From: an uncultured bacterium
GTDB lineage: Bacteria > Pseudomonadota > Gammaproteobacteria > Xanthomonadales > Rhodanobacteraceae
NCBI GenBank assembly: GCA_966424745.1
Contig: CBJLOV010000001.1
Coordinates: forward strand, 9,571 to 73,570
Length of the DNA stretch: 64,000 nt
Direction: 5' to 3'
The notes under the pieces: generated by a model
What the model was told of the DNA's origin: nothing
The model's database searches: none
What the model saw: only the letters and a program-made list of their open reading frames with translations
Shown: one piece after another, positions 29,134 through 38,043 of the stretch
How positions within the stretch are numbered: position 1 is the first letter of the stretch
Layout of the letters: each line of letters starts with the position of its first letter
Translations under genes and position numbers: made by a program

Positions 29134-29993
29134 ACCGCAACCCCGTCATCCTCGACTTCGATCGTTCGGTCGGCGACCTGCCGGACGCGCTGACGATCGA
29201 TCTCGCCGACTGGCAGGAAGCGATCCGCTTCGGCTGCTCGGTGCGGCGCATGGAGACGCTCGCACGCAAGCTCGACGCCGAGTTGCCCGCCGAATACGGC
29301 ACCGTGTTCATGGGCAGCGGCGATTTCCATCATCTCAGCTGGCCGCTGATTCGAAGGCTGCGCGACAAGGGGCCATTTCAGGTCGTCGTTTTCGACAACC
29401 ATCCGGACAACATGCGCTTCCCGTTCGGCGTCCACTGCGGCTCGTGGGTACGCCGTGTCGCCGCCCTGCCCTTCGTCAGCCACGTGCACGTGCTCGGCAT
29501 CACCTCGAATGACGTGGGTCTTGCGCATGCCTGGGAGAACTACCTCACGCCGCTGCGTGCCGGCAAGCTGACCAACTGGTGCATGGACGTCGACACGCGC
29601 TGGGCCGCGCGCCTCGGGCTGGCCGAGGCGTTCAAGGTGTTCGCCAACCCGGACGAGCTGATCGAGCGTTTCCTCGCCGCGCTCGGGCCGTCGCCGCAGC
29701 CGACCTATCTCACGATCGACAAGGACGCGCTGAGTCCCGAAGCGGCACGCACCAACTGGGACCAGGGCCGTTTGCTCGAGTCGCATCTCGATGCGGTCAT
29801 CGACGCGCTCGCCGGCCGCCTCGTCGGCAGCGACATCAACGGCGAAGTTTCCGCCTACGCATATTCGACGCCCTGGAAGCGCTGGCTCAGCCGCGCCGAC
29901 GGACAGACGGCTGTGCCGGAGAGCGAGCTCATTCGGTGGCAGGAACAACAGCGGGCGCTCAATCGGCGCTTGCTCGCGCGCATCCGTTATTGA
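29130..29993 (+). CDS. arginase/agmatinase/formiminoglutamase-fold (ureohydrolase-like) protein
   Basis: It is the 3' part of ORF 27975..29993, starting at GTG 29130 and overlapping the upstream stop (GTGA). Variant ureohydrolase motifs are present: GSGDFHH (compare GGDHS), FDNHPD (compare DAHxD) and TIDKDALSP (compare SxDxDxxDP). Confidence 0.55.
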   Translation: MNRNPVILDFDRSVGDLPDALTIDLADWQEAIRFGCSVRRMETLARKLDAELPAEYGTVFMGSGDFHHLSWPLIRRLRDKGPFQVVVFDNHPDNMRFPFGVHCGSWVRRVAALPFVSHVHVLGITSNDVGLAHAWENYLTPLRAGKLTNWCMDVDTRWAARLGLAEAFKVFANPDELIERFLAALGPSPQPTYLTIDKDALSPEAARTNWDQGRLLESHLDAVIDALAGRLVGSDINGEVSAYAYSTPWKRWLSRADGQTAVPESELIRWQEQQRALNRRLLARIRY

Positions 29994-30057
29994 GCGCGCC
30001 GCCGCGCAGGCTCACGTTCCTGTGCGGCTTGCCGGCGAAAAAGAAAAAATCGCAGGC

Positions 30058-30086
30058 GAAAAAACATCCCGGCTTGCGCCGGGATG
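30058..30086 (-). terminator. rho-independent terminator of RND operon 1
   Basis: On the minus strand: CATCCCGGC, GCAA, GCCGGGATG, followed by TTTTTT. It lies 11 nt downstream of the RND gene stop. Confidence 0.8.
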
Positions 30087-30096
30087 TCGTTGAGCA

Positions 30097-33000
30097 TCAG
30101 GCCGTCGCCGGCTCTCCGTTCAGCCCTTCGGCAACCGGTTTCGCCGATTCGGCATGATGGTCGGCCGCGATCATCATGTAGAACGCCGGCACGACGAACA
30201 GCGTGAACAGCGTACCGATCGACAGGCCGGTCGAGATGACCAGGCCCATCGCAAAGCGGCCCGCCGCGCCGGCGCCCGAGGCGATCACGAGCGGGAACAC
30301 GCCGAGCACCATCGCCGCCGTCGTCATCAGGATCGGGCGCAGGCGGACGCCGGCGGCATGCTCGATCGCCTCGCGCTTGCTCATGCCCGCGCGCTGCGAC
30401 TCGTTGGCGAACTCCACGATCAGGATGCCGTGCTTGGACACGAGCCCCATCAGCGTGACCAGGCCGACCTGGGTGTAGATGTTGAGGCTCGAGACCAGAT
30501 TGACGAAGATCAACGCGCCGAACAGGGCCATCGGCACCGAGACGAGGATCACGATCGGATCGCGCAGACTGTTGAACTGCGCGGCGAGCGCGAGGAAGAC
30601 GATGATGATCGCGAACAGCAGGGTCACGCCGAAGCCGCCGGATTCCTGCACGAACTGGCGCGAAGGGCCGGCATAGTCCAGGGAATAGCCGCCGCCGGGC
30701 GCGACTTCGTTGAGCGCATCGCGGAAGAACTGCAGAACCTCGCCCTGCGACATGCCGCTCGCACCCGAGATCGTCGCCGAGTTGAGCTGCTGGAAGTGAT
30801 TGATCGAACGCGGTACGACTTCGTTCTTGATTCCGGCCACGGTCGAGGCCGGGATCACCGAGCCGTCGGGCGCACGCACGTAGTAGTCGAGCACCTGCTG
30901 CGGGTTCAGCCGATCGACCTGCAGCACCTGTGGAATGACCTTGTAAGAGCGGCCGGCGATCGAAAAGTAATTGACGTAGCCGCCGCCGAGCGCGGCGCCG
31001 AGGGCGCTGCCGACGTCCTGCTGGGTCAGGCCGAGCGTGGTGATCAAGTCGCGGTCCATCGTCACCGTCGACTGCGGCTTGTCGATCTTCAGGTCGGTGT
31101 CGACGAACCAGAACTTGCCGGAATCCTGCGCTTTGTGCAGCATTTTCTGCACGACTTCGTTCAAGTTCTGAAACGGCTCGGTCGTCTTGATCACGACCTG
31201 GATCGGCGCACCCTGCGCGCCGGGCAGCGCCGGCAGCGAGAACACGAACACCTGGCCGCCCGCGATCTTCGACCACAACGCCTGCAACTCCATCTGCAGG
31301 GTGTGCGCATTCTTGCTGCGCTCGCTCCACGGCGTGAACGCCATGCCGCCGAAGCCGGTGCCCGGCGTGGTGATCTGGAACATCATGTCGGCTTCCGGCA
31401 GCTTGCTGCCGCTCTCGTACATCTGCCTGGCGTAACCCAGCATCTGGTTCGAGGTCGCGTTCGGCGCGCCGTTGAGCTGATAGAACAGGAAGCCCTGATC
31501 CTCCTCCGGCGCCAGTTCGGACTGCGCGGTCATGCCGGCCAGCACGGTTGCGAGCGACAGCATGAATCCCATCACCACGATGACGACCCACGACGACAAG
31601 GCGCCGTGGAGCAGGCGTGCGTAGCCGCGATGCACGCGGTCGAACACGCGGTCGATCGCCTGCACGAAGCGGTTGTTTTCCTGCTCGGACTTGAAGAACT
31701 TGGCGCACATCATCGGCGACAAGGTCAACGCCACCACCGCGGAAACGGTCACCGCGCCGGCCAGGGTGAAGGCGAACTCGGTGAACAACGCGCCGGTCAG
31801 ACCCTTCTGGAAGCCGATCGGCACGTAGACCGCGACCAGCACGACGGTCATCGCGAGAATCGGTCCGGCCAGCTCGCGCGCGGCAAGCAGTGCAGCCTGC
31901 AGTGGCGACTTGCCTTCTTCCTTCATGTGCCGGTCGACGTTCTCGACCACGATGATCGCATCGTCGACGACGAGACCGATGGCCAGCACCAGCGCGAGCA
32001 AAGTGAGCAGGTTCATCGAATAACCGAGCGCGAGCATGATGAAGAACGTGCCGATCAGCGACAGCGGCATCGCGATCACGGGAATGATCACCGCACGCAG
32101 CGAGCCCAGGAACAGGAAGATGACGATCGTTACGATGATCAGCGCTTCGATCAAGGTGTGCACGACCTCGCTGATCGAGGAACGGATGAACGTGGTCGAG
32201 TCGTAGACGATCTCGCCGTGCAGGCCCGCGGGCAATTGCGAAACGATGCCCGGCATGGCGTCGCGAATGCGCTTGATCACGTCGAGCACGTTTGCCTCGG
32301 GCGCCACCTTGATGCCGATGAACAGCGCCTGCTTGCCGCTGAAGGCGACGTTCGCGTCGTAGTCCTCGGCTCCGAGCACGACGTTGGCCACGTCGGACAG
32401 GCGCACGATCGCGCCGTCCTTCTGCTTGACCGCGAGTTGCTTGAACTCGTCGACCGAATGCAGATCGGTGCCGGCGGTCAGGTCGACGCTGACCATCTGG
32501 CCCTTGGTCGTGCCGACGGCGGCAAGGTAGTTGTTCGTCGACAGCGCGCTGTACACGTCGCTCGCGGTCACGCCGTGCGCGGCGAGCCGGGCCGGATCGA
32601 GCCACGCGCGCAGGGCGAACTGGCGCGTGCCGAACATTTCCGCGTTCTGCACGCCCTCGACCGAATCGAGCTTGGGTTTGACCTCGCGGGCCAGATAGTC
32701 GGTGATGCTGTTCGCCGGCAGCACGTCGCTGCGGAAGCCGATGTACATCGCGTCGATCGACTCGCCGACCGCGACGGTGATGACCGGCTGCTGCGCCTGC
32801 GGCGGCAACTGGTTGCGCACCGCGCTGACCTGGGTCTGGATCTGGGTCAGCGCGCGGTTCGAGTCATAGTTCAGGCGCAGCGTCGCGACGATCGTGGACA
32901 CGCCGCTGACCGAGGTCGAGGTCAGGTAGTCGATGCCCTGCGCCTGCGCGATCGACTGCTCGAGCGGCTGGGTGATGAAGCCTGCGATCGTCTGCGCATC

Positions 33001-33162
33001 GGCGCCGTAGTAGGCCGTCGTCACGGTGACCGTGGCGTTTTCCGTCTTCGGAAACTGACGCACGACCAGGTCGAACACGGCCTTGACGCCGAGCACCAGG
33101 ATCAATGCGCTGACGACGATCGCGAGGACCGGTTTTTTGATGAAGGTATCGGTGAAATGCAT
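30097..33162 (-). CDS. RND multidrug efflux permease (HAE1-type, AcrB/MdtB-like)
   Basis: 1021 aa with 12 TM helices and two large periplasmic loops. The canonical TM4 relay is GLVVDDAIIVVEN and the TM10 lysine context is VSKHGILIVEF. Confidence 0.9.
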   Translation of the reverse strand: MHFTDTFIKKPVLAIVVSALILVLGVKAVFDLVVRQFPKTENATVTVTTAYYGADAQTIAGFITQPLEQSIAQAQGIDYLTSTSVSGVSTIVATLRLNYDSNRALTQIQTQVSAVRNQLPPQAQQPVITVAVGESIDAMYIGFRSDVLPANSITDYLAREVKPKLDSVEGVQNAEMFGTRQFALRAWLDPARLAAHGVTASDVYSALSTNNYLAAVGTTKGQMVSVDLTAGTDLHSVDEFKQLAVKQKDGAIVRLSDVANVVLGAEDYDANVAFSGKQALFIGIKVAPEANVLDVIKRIRDAMPGIVSQLPAGLHGEIVYDSTTFIRSSISEVVHTLIEALIIVTIVIFLFLGSLRAVIIPVIAMPLSLIGTFFIMLALGYSMNLLTLLALVLAIGLVVDDAIIVVENVDRHMKEEGKSPLQAALLAARELAGPILAMTVVLVAVYVPIGFQKGLTGALFTEFAFTLAGAVTVSAVVALTLSPMMCAKFFKSEQENNRFVQAIDRVFDRVHRGYARLLHGALSSWVVIVVMGFMLSLATVLAGMTAQSELAPEEDQGFLFYQLNGAPNATSNQMLGYARQMYESGSKLPEADMMFQITTPGTGFGGMAFTPWSERSKNAHTLQMELQALWSKIAGGQVFVFSLPALPGAQGAPIQVVIKTTEPFQNLNEVVQKMLHKAQDSGKFWFVDTDLKIDKPQSTVTMDRDLITTLGLTQQDVGSALGAALGGGYVNYFSIAGRSYKVIPQVLQVDRLNPQQVLDYYVRAPDGSVIPASTVAGIKNEVVPRSINHFQQLNSATISGASGMSQGEVLQFFRDALNEVAPGGGYSLDYAGPSRQFVQESGGFGVTLLFAIIIVFLALAAQFNSLRDPIVILVSVPMALFGALIFVNLVSSLNIYTQVGLVTLMGLVSKHGILIVEFANESQRAGMSKREAIEHAAGVRLRPILMTTAAMVLGVFPLVIASGAGAAGRFAMGLVISTGLSIGTLFTLFVVPAFYMMIAADHHAESAKPVAEGLNGEPATA

Positions 33163-33185
33163 GATGAAATCCTGCTTTTGACGTC

Positions 33186-33205
33186 ATTCCCGCGCAAGCG
33201 GGAAT
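33186..33205. repeat. REP-like hairpin ATTCCCGC-GCAA-GCGGGAAT
   Basis: Perfect 8-bp stem inside the 140-nt MFP-RND intergenic spacer. Translating it produces the SFPRKRES / IPACAGMT / RLRGND spurious-peptide signatures typical of a widespread proteobacterial intergenic repeat. A second hairpin, CGAAAGACCCCGG...CCGGGGCTTTCG, lies at 33237-33292. Confidence 0.6.
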
Positions 33206-33303
33206 CCTGCGGCGCTTTTCTTCGACGCGGGACGAGCGAAAGACCCCGGGTTCGCGCCAACAACGTGCGGGATCGACGAGCCGGGGCTTTCGCTTGCGTG
33301 CAT

Positions 33304-34548
33304 TCAATGCTCCTGGGGCTTCGGATTCGCCGCGTCCGTCGGCACAACGCTGTTGTCGATCGTGATCTGCGCGCCGTTCTTCAGTTTGATCTGGCCGCTC
33401 GTCACGATTTCAGCGCCCTCGTCGAGCCCCTTCGTGATCGACACCTGGTCGCCGCGCGTGCCGTCGGTGGTGACGAACGCCTGCGTGACGACGAGGGCAT
33501 CGGCCGGAATCGGCGGCCCGGCAGGACCGGTGGCCTCCGGCGGCTTGCCGCCGTCCTTCTTCGCCTGCTCGGCCGCGGCCTTGTCCGCATCGGCCTTTTT
33601 CTTGACGATGTAGACCGTCGCGCCGTACGGGTTGTAGACGACGGCGGTCTGCGGCAGGGTCAGATAGCGCGCCTTGGTGCCGACGTCCAGCGTCACGTCG
33701 GCGAACATGCCCGGCGCCAACAGCTTGTCGGAGTTGGCAAAACGGGCTTCGATCATGACGTTGCGCGTGTCGCTGTCGACTTTCGGGTTGATCGCCGACA
33801 GCTCGCCCTCGAAGGTCTTGCCCGGGAATGCGTCCAGACTCAACATCACTTTCTGCCCGACTTTCACCTCGGCCAGGTTCTTCTGCGGCAGATGGAAATC
33901 GACGAAGACCGGATCGATCTGCTGCAGGGTCACGATCGTCGTGCCCGAATTGAGATAGGTACCCGGGGTGATCGTGACGATGCCCGCACGGCCGGCGAAC
34001 GGCGCGCGCAACTGCTTGCGCTGCACGTTGACCTGCTGCTGCGCCACCGCCGCCTGCTTCGCCTTGAGATCGGCCGCGGCCTGATCGTAGTCGGCCTTGC
34101 TGATCGCCTGCACGGCGAGCTGCTGCTTCGCGCGGCCGAAAGTCACGTCGGCGAGCGCCGCCGCGGCTTCCAGTTGATGCAGTTGTGCCACGTCTTCGCT
34201 GTCGCGCAGCTGCAGCAGCACCTGGCCTTCCTTGACCTCGTCGCCGGACTGCACGTTGACCTTGGTCACCAGCCCGGACAGATCGAGTGCGAGATCGGCA
34301 CCGCGCGCGGCACGGACACTGCCCACCGCGCGCAGCTGCGGCTGCCATTCCTGATAGCCCGCCTTCGCCGTCGTCACCACGGCGGGCGGCGGCGGCTTCA
34401 TCCCGGCGATCATCTTCATGACCATCATGACCTTGATGCCCACGACCGCCGCGATCAACAACAGCACCAACAGAATCATCACGACCATCTTTTTGGTCGT
34501 GCTCCATTTTTTCTTTTCTAGATTAGCCATGTCGTTTTCGTCCAACAT
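33304..34548 (-). CDS. RND efflux periplasmic adaptor (membrane fusion protein)
   Basis: N-terminal TM, then lipoyl/hairpin/beta-barrel pattern (RAPFAGRAGIVTITPG, coiled-coil AQLHQLEAAAALA...). An alternative ATG is at 34530. Confidence 0.85.
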   Translation of the reverse strand: MLDENDMANLEKKKWSTTKKMVVMILLVLLLIAAVVGIKVMMVMKMIAGMKPPPPAVVTTAKAGYQEWQPQLRAVGSVRAARGADLALDLSGLVTKVNVQSGDEVKEGQVLLQLRDSEDVAQLHQLEAAAALADVTFGRAKQQLAVQAISKADYDQAAADLKAKQAAVAQQQVNVQRKQLRAPFAGRAGIVTITPGTYLNSGTTIVTLQQIDPVFVDFHLPQKNLAEVKVGQKVMLSLDAFPGKTFEGELSAINPKVDSDTRNVMIEARFANSDKLLAPGMFADVTLDVGTKARYLTLPQTAVVYNPYGATVYIVKKKADADKAAAEQAKKDGGKPPEATGPAGPPIPADALVVTQAFVTTDGTRGDQVSITKGLDEGAEIVTSGQIKLKNGAQITIDNSVVPTDAANPKPQEH

Positions 34549-34619
34549 TTATTTTGGGCGCTCATCCATGACCGCGAAATCAAGAAGCGGGCTTCCTGCC
34601 CGCACTCCTCAATGAAAAT

Positions 34620-36134
34620 CTACTTCGATTGAGTACTCGCATCCGATGCCGCGACTGCCACGGGCGTCGCGGAATCTTCCTTCCAACCGCCGCCGAGCGC
34701 GGTGTACAGCGCCGCGGTGTCGGCCAGCCGCGCGGCGCGCGCCTGGATCAGACCGAGGCGCGCCTGCTGATACTGGCGCGTCGCATCGAGCTCCTGCAGA
34801 TAGCTCGCCGCGCCGTCGCGGTACTGCACGCGCACGAGATCGAGGCTCTTCGCCGCCGACTGCTCGGCCTGCGCCTGGGCCTTGAGGTTCTCCGCGTCGA
34901 GTTCGAGCGCACGCAATGAATCCGCGACGTTCTGGAACGCGCCGAGCACGGTGAGCTGATAGTCCGCCGCCACCTTGTCGAGACCCGCTTCCGCCGCACG
35001 CTTCTGCGCACGCAGGCTGCCGCCGTGGAAAATCGGCTGCAGAAGGTTTGCACCGATGCTCCAGGCCTTCGTTCCGCTGGAGAACAGATCGCCCGAATGC
35101 AGAGCGGACGACCCGAGGCTGCCCGACAAGGTGATCTGCGGAAACAGGTTCGCCGTGGCGACGCCGACCTGCGCGGTCGCCTGATGCAACACCGCTTCCG
35201 CCGCGCGAACGTCCGGGCGCTGCCGGGTCAAGGTCGAGGGCAGCGACACCGGCACTTCGCGCGGCAGGCTCAACGCTTCCAGATCGAGCGCGGCGAGCTC
35301 CGCTTCCGAGGGGAACTGGCCGAGGTAGACGGCCAGCTGGGTTTGCGTCTGCGCCAGCTGCTGACGCAACGGCGGCAGGGTCGCCTGTGCCGCTGCGACC
35401 TGGGTGCGGATCACGAGCACGTCGGCCAGCGACTTGGAACCGATCTGATTCTGCGCCTCGACGAGCTTCAGCTCCTTGCCGTAGGCGTCGATGATCTCTT
35501 CGGTCGCGCGAATCTGGCCGCGCAGCGATGCCTCGCGAAAGCTCGCGGTGGCGACGTTCGCGGCAAGGGTCTGGTACGTGCCTTCGAGCTGGAAACGCTG
35601 GTAGTCGGTCAGCGCATTCTGCGCTTCCACGCCGCGACGGACGCCGCCGAACAAGTCGAGGGTATAGTTGACCTTGACCCCGGCGTTGTACAGGGTGAAC
35701 ACCGAACCGGCTCCGGGCGCCGCCGCGCCGACGCCGTTCGCATTACCGCGGGTGGCTCCGACATTGGCATCCAAGCTCGGAAACAGGGAGCCGCGCGCGG
35801 CGTTCGCATTCTCCTGCGCCTGGCGCAGCGCCGCCTGCGCCGAGGCGATGCTCGGGCTGTGGGCAAGCGCCTGCGCGATGCGCCGGTTGAGTTCTTCGTT
35901 CGCGAACGTCGTCCACCACTGCGCGGGCACCTCGGCGCCGCCGACGAAACGCTGTGCATCGCCGGTCGGCGCCTTGGTCTCAACCGTCGCGGCCGGCAGC
36001 GGATCCTTGCGATAACCTTCGGCCGCGGGGGCCGCCGGCGGGCGGAAGTCCGGGCCTGCGGCGCAGCCGGCCAAGGCAGCGAACAATGCTCCACCCAGCA
36101 CGCCGCGGCGTGCGATTGCGTCTTTCAGGATCAT
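34620..36134 (-). CDS. RND efflux outer-membrane factor lipoprotein (NodT/OprM family)
   Basis: Lipobox LAGCA, a WW-containing N-terminal motif (PAQWWTTFANEELN), two TolC-like repeats, and a C-terminal ALGGGW. Confidence 0.9.
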   Translation of the reverse strand: MILKDAIARRGVLGGALFAALAGCAAGPDFRPPAAPAAEGYRKDPLPAATVETKAPTGDAQRFVGGAEVPAQWWTTFANEELNRRIAQALAHSPSIASAQAALRQAQENANAARGSLFPSLDANVGATRGNANGVGAAAPGAGSVFTLYNAGVKVNYTLDLFGGVRRGVEAQNALTDYQRFQLEGTYQTLAANVATASFREASLRGQIRATEEIIDAYGKELKLVEAQNQIGSKSLADVLVIRTQVAAAQATLPPLRQQLAQTQTQLAVYLGQFPSEAELAALDLEALSLPREVPVSLPSTLTRQRPDVRAAEAVLHQATAQVGVATANLFPQITLSGSLGSSALHSGDLFSSGTKAWSIGANLLQPIFHGGSLRAQKRAAEAGLDKVAADYQLTVLGAFQNVADSLRALELDAENLKAQAQAEQSAAKSLDLVRVQYRDGAASYLQELDATRQYQQARLGLIQARAARLADTAALYTALGGGWKEDSATPVAVAASDASTQSK

Positions 36135-36162
36135 GTTGGAAAGTCCAAATATTTTACACTTA

Positions 36163-36177
36163 TCAGTTCAATAATAG
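36163..36177 (-). promoter_or_regulatory. AT-rich motif shared with the padR upstream region (candidate -10 box or operator)
   Basis: Plus strand TCAGTTCAATAATAG; the minus strand reads CTATTATTGAACTGA and contains TATTAT. It lies 29-43 nt upstream of the OMF ATG. A near-identical copy, TCAGTTGATAATAG, is at 38044-38057. Confidence 0.35.
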
Positions 36178-36413
36178 ACGAGCCGCAGAAGCGACTCAAC
36201 AAGCGCCTGCCACTCGGTTCAAGATTTTTTCGCGCAGCCCGAATTTTTTACCTACGGGCCGCACCGGGCACAACCGCCGGAAGTCACTCGTCCCTAGACG
36301 AATGGACCGACGCGAAATCGACAATTCGCCGCGAAAGATTTCACGACTCGTTCTCAAATCTTGCGAAAGGGTGAGATTCAACGGCGAAAGTCGAGTTCGG
36401 TGCTCGCCAAAAG

Positions 36414-36535
36414 CATGAAGAAAATCACGAAGACACGAAGAGGCGCGAAGGAAGGAAAATCGATTGACGCTGCGACCGCGACCGGTCGCCTTCTTTTTTT
36501 CGTGTTCTTCTCGCTCTTCGCATCTTCGCGGTCGT
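36414..36535. repeat. imperfect palindromic CACGAAG / CTTCGTG-type intergenic repeat
   Basis: The left arm is purine-rich (TCACGAAGACACGAAGAGGCGCGAAGGAAGG). The centre is GCGACCGGTCGC. The right arm is pyrimidine-rich (CCTTCTTTTTTTCGTGTTCTTCTCGCTCTTCGCATCTTCGCG). Related arms occur at 55626-55679 and 59855-59880. Confidence 0.5.
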
Positions 36536-36654
36536 TCGTCCCTGTGCTTTGTCGGGCGCCGCACAAGCGCTGAAGAAACCGATGCGGCGCTTTACGCCAT
36601 GTCCGCCGGCCTTTTCCCGTCCGGCTCACCGACTCGTGAACTCCGCCGCAGGCG

Positions 36655-37575
36655 TCAGGTGCCCGACCGAACCAGCAGGGCTTTCGCCAGCGCGCCTTGA
36701 AAGCGGGCCACGCCGCGCGCGAGATGCAAGAGCCCGAACATCAAGACCACGCCGAGCACGAACAGCAATGGTCCGGCGACGACGGCGGGCAAGAGGTTGA
36801 AACCATCGATATCGAGGTTCACGGTGAAGTCGTAGGGCAACCAGCCGGTCCATATGATCAGGTACGCGAGCGGAGCGAGGACGAAACTCAGCGAGGTTGC
36901 GATGCCGGTCACGGCAATCGTGAAGTAGGCGATGCCGAGCGGCAGCATGAGGACGAAGTAGAGCAAGGTCGACCAGGTGCGCACGTCGGAGAATGTCTCC
37001 GTGATGCGCTGCCAGATCGACTGATTCGGCTGCGTGTACACCGGCCGCCGCGGCATGCGCTCGCCCAGCATCATTTCGACGATGCGCGATTCGACCAGGG
37101 CCAGAACGCGCGTCGTGCCGAAAAACAGCAGCGCGAACAACAAGCCGAAGATCAGCAGCGACAACGACAGCGACAGGGTCACGCCGACCACGGTCCAAGT
37201 GAAATAGAAGACTCCGGTCGCCAGCGAGAACAACATATAGAACAGGCCGGCGTAAGCGCGTGCGTCGCCGCCGACGGCGAAAAAACGTCCCAGCACGGTC
37301 TTGCGCGGCCGCAGCGGCGGCGGCCGCAGGGCCTGCTGCACTTTCGCCTCTTTGTCGACGTAGATCTCGGCGACCTCTTCGGGCGCGCCGTAGCTGCCGA
37401 CGATCTTGGCAAGCACCTCCGCTTCCGAACCGCCGCGGCTGTCGTGCAGCTCGCCGCGCAGATGCTCTTCGGCGTCGTAGAGGGCGTCCTGGATCAGGGC
37501 CGGATCGGCGCCGTGCAGCGCGGCGCGCAGTTGGTCGAGATATTCCGCGATGGTGCGGGGAGTCGGTACGGTCAC
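36655..37575 (-). CDS. membrane protein with a DUF1700-like N-terminal helical domain and a multi-TM 'sensor' domain
   Basis: GTG start with GGAGGA upstream. N-terminus TIAEYLDQLRAALHG...DAEEHL...EVLAKIVGSYGAPEEVAEIY (DUF1700 pattern), followed by about six TM helices. It lies 71 nt downstream of padR. Confidence 0.6.
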   Translation of the reverse strand: MTVPTPRTIAEYLDQLRAALHGADPALIQDALYDAEEHLRGELHDSRGGSEAEVLAKIVGSYGAPEEVAEIYVDKEAKVQQALRPPPLRPRKTVLGRFFAVGGDARAYAGLFYMLFSLATGVFYFTWTVVGVTLSLSLSLLIFGLLFALLFFGTTRVLALVESRIVEMMLGERMPRRPVYTQPNQSIWQRITETFSDVRTWSTLLYFVLMLPLGIAYFTIAVTGIATSLSFVLAPLAYLIIWTGWLPYDFTVNLDIDGFNLLPAVVAGPLLFVLGVVLMFGLLHLARGVARFQGALAKALLVRSGT

Positions 37576-37646
37576 AGCTAGTCCTCCGGAAATCGAGGCC
37601 GCGGTCCTTGGCGGCGAAGGTCAACAGGGGAACGACGAGGTCCGTG

Positions 37647-38027
37647 CTACTCGATGAGAACCGAATCGACGAAGTCGCGCGTATCGATCCAGGCCAGGCT
37701 CCACTCGCGCAGGACGCGCCGCCCGAGCGGCGTGATGCGGTAGTAGCGCCGCGGCGGGCCGGTCACCGAAGGCTCGACGATGCTTTCCAGCAGCCCGGCC
37801 GTCGCCATGTTGCGCAGCACCGGATAGAGCGCGCTCTGCTTGCCGCTGAGCACGCCGCCGCCGGTTTCCTCGAGCCTTTTCGCAATCTGATAGCCGTACA
37901 TCGGCGAGCGCGCCCGCGAGAGCACGCCGAGCAGCACCAACGACACGGTGCCGGCGGAAAGCTCCTTCTGGAATTTCCACAGATGGCTGTCGGTATCGCC
38001 CACGAAGGCACGCTCCACCATAGTCAC
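37647..38027 (-). CDS. PadR family transcriptional regulator
   Basis: Winged-HTH pattern LVLLGVLSRARSPMYGYQIAKRLEE...ALYPVLRNMATAGLLES...RRYYRITPLGRRVL. Start is GTG 38027 or ATG 38021. Confidence 0.85.
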   Translation of the reverse strand: MTMVERAFVGDTDSHLWKFQKELSAGTVSLVLLGVLSRARSPMYGYQIAKRLEETGGGVLSGKQSALYPVLRNMATAGLLESIVEPSVTGPPRRYYRITPLGRRVLREWSLAWIDTRDFVDSVLIE

Positions 38028-38043
38028 AGGTGAAGGATAGTAT

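Noticed and set aside
29987-34521. Very long alternative-frame and antisense ORFs (29987..32605 minus, 30154..34521 plus) over RND operon 1
   Set aside because: The RND, MFP and OMF frames carry the diagnostic motifs. The alternative frames are Arg/Asp/His-rich. Stop-codon-poor GC-rich sequence explains their length.
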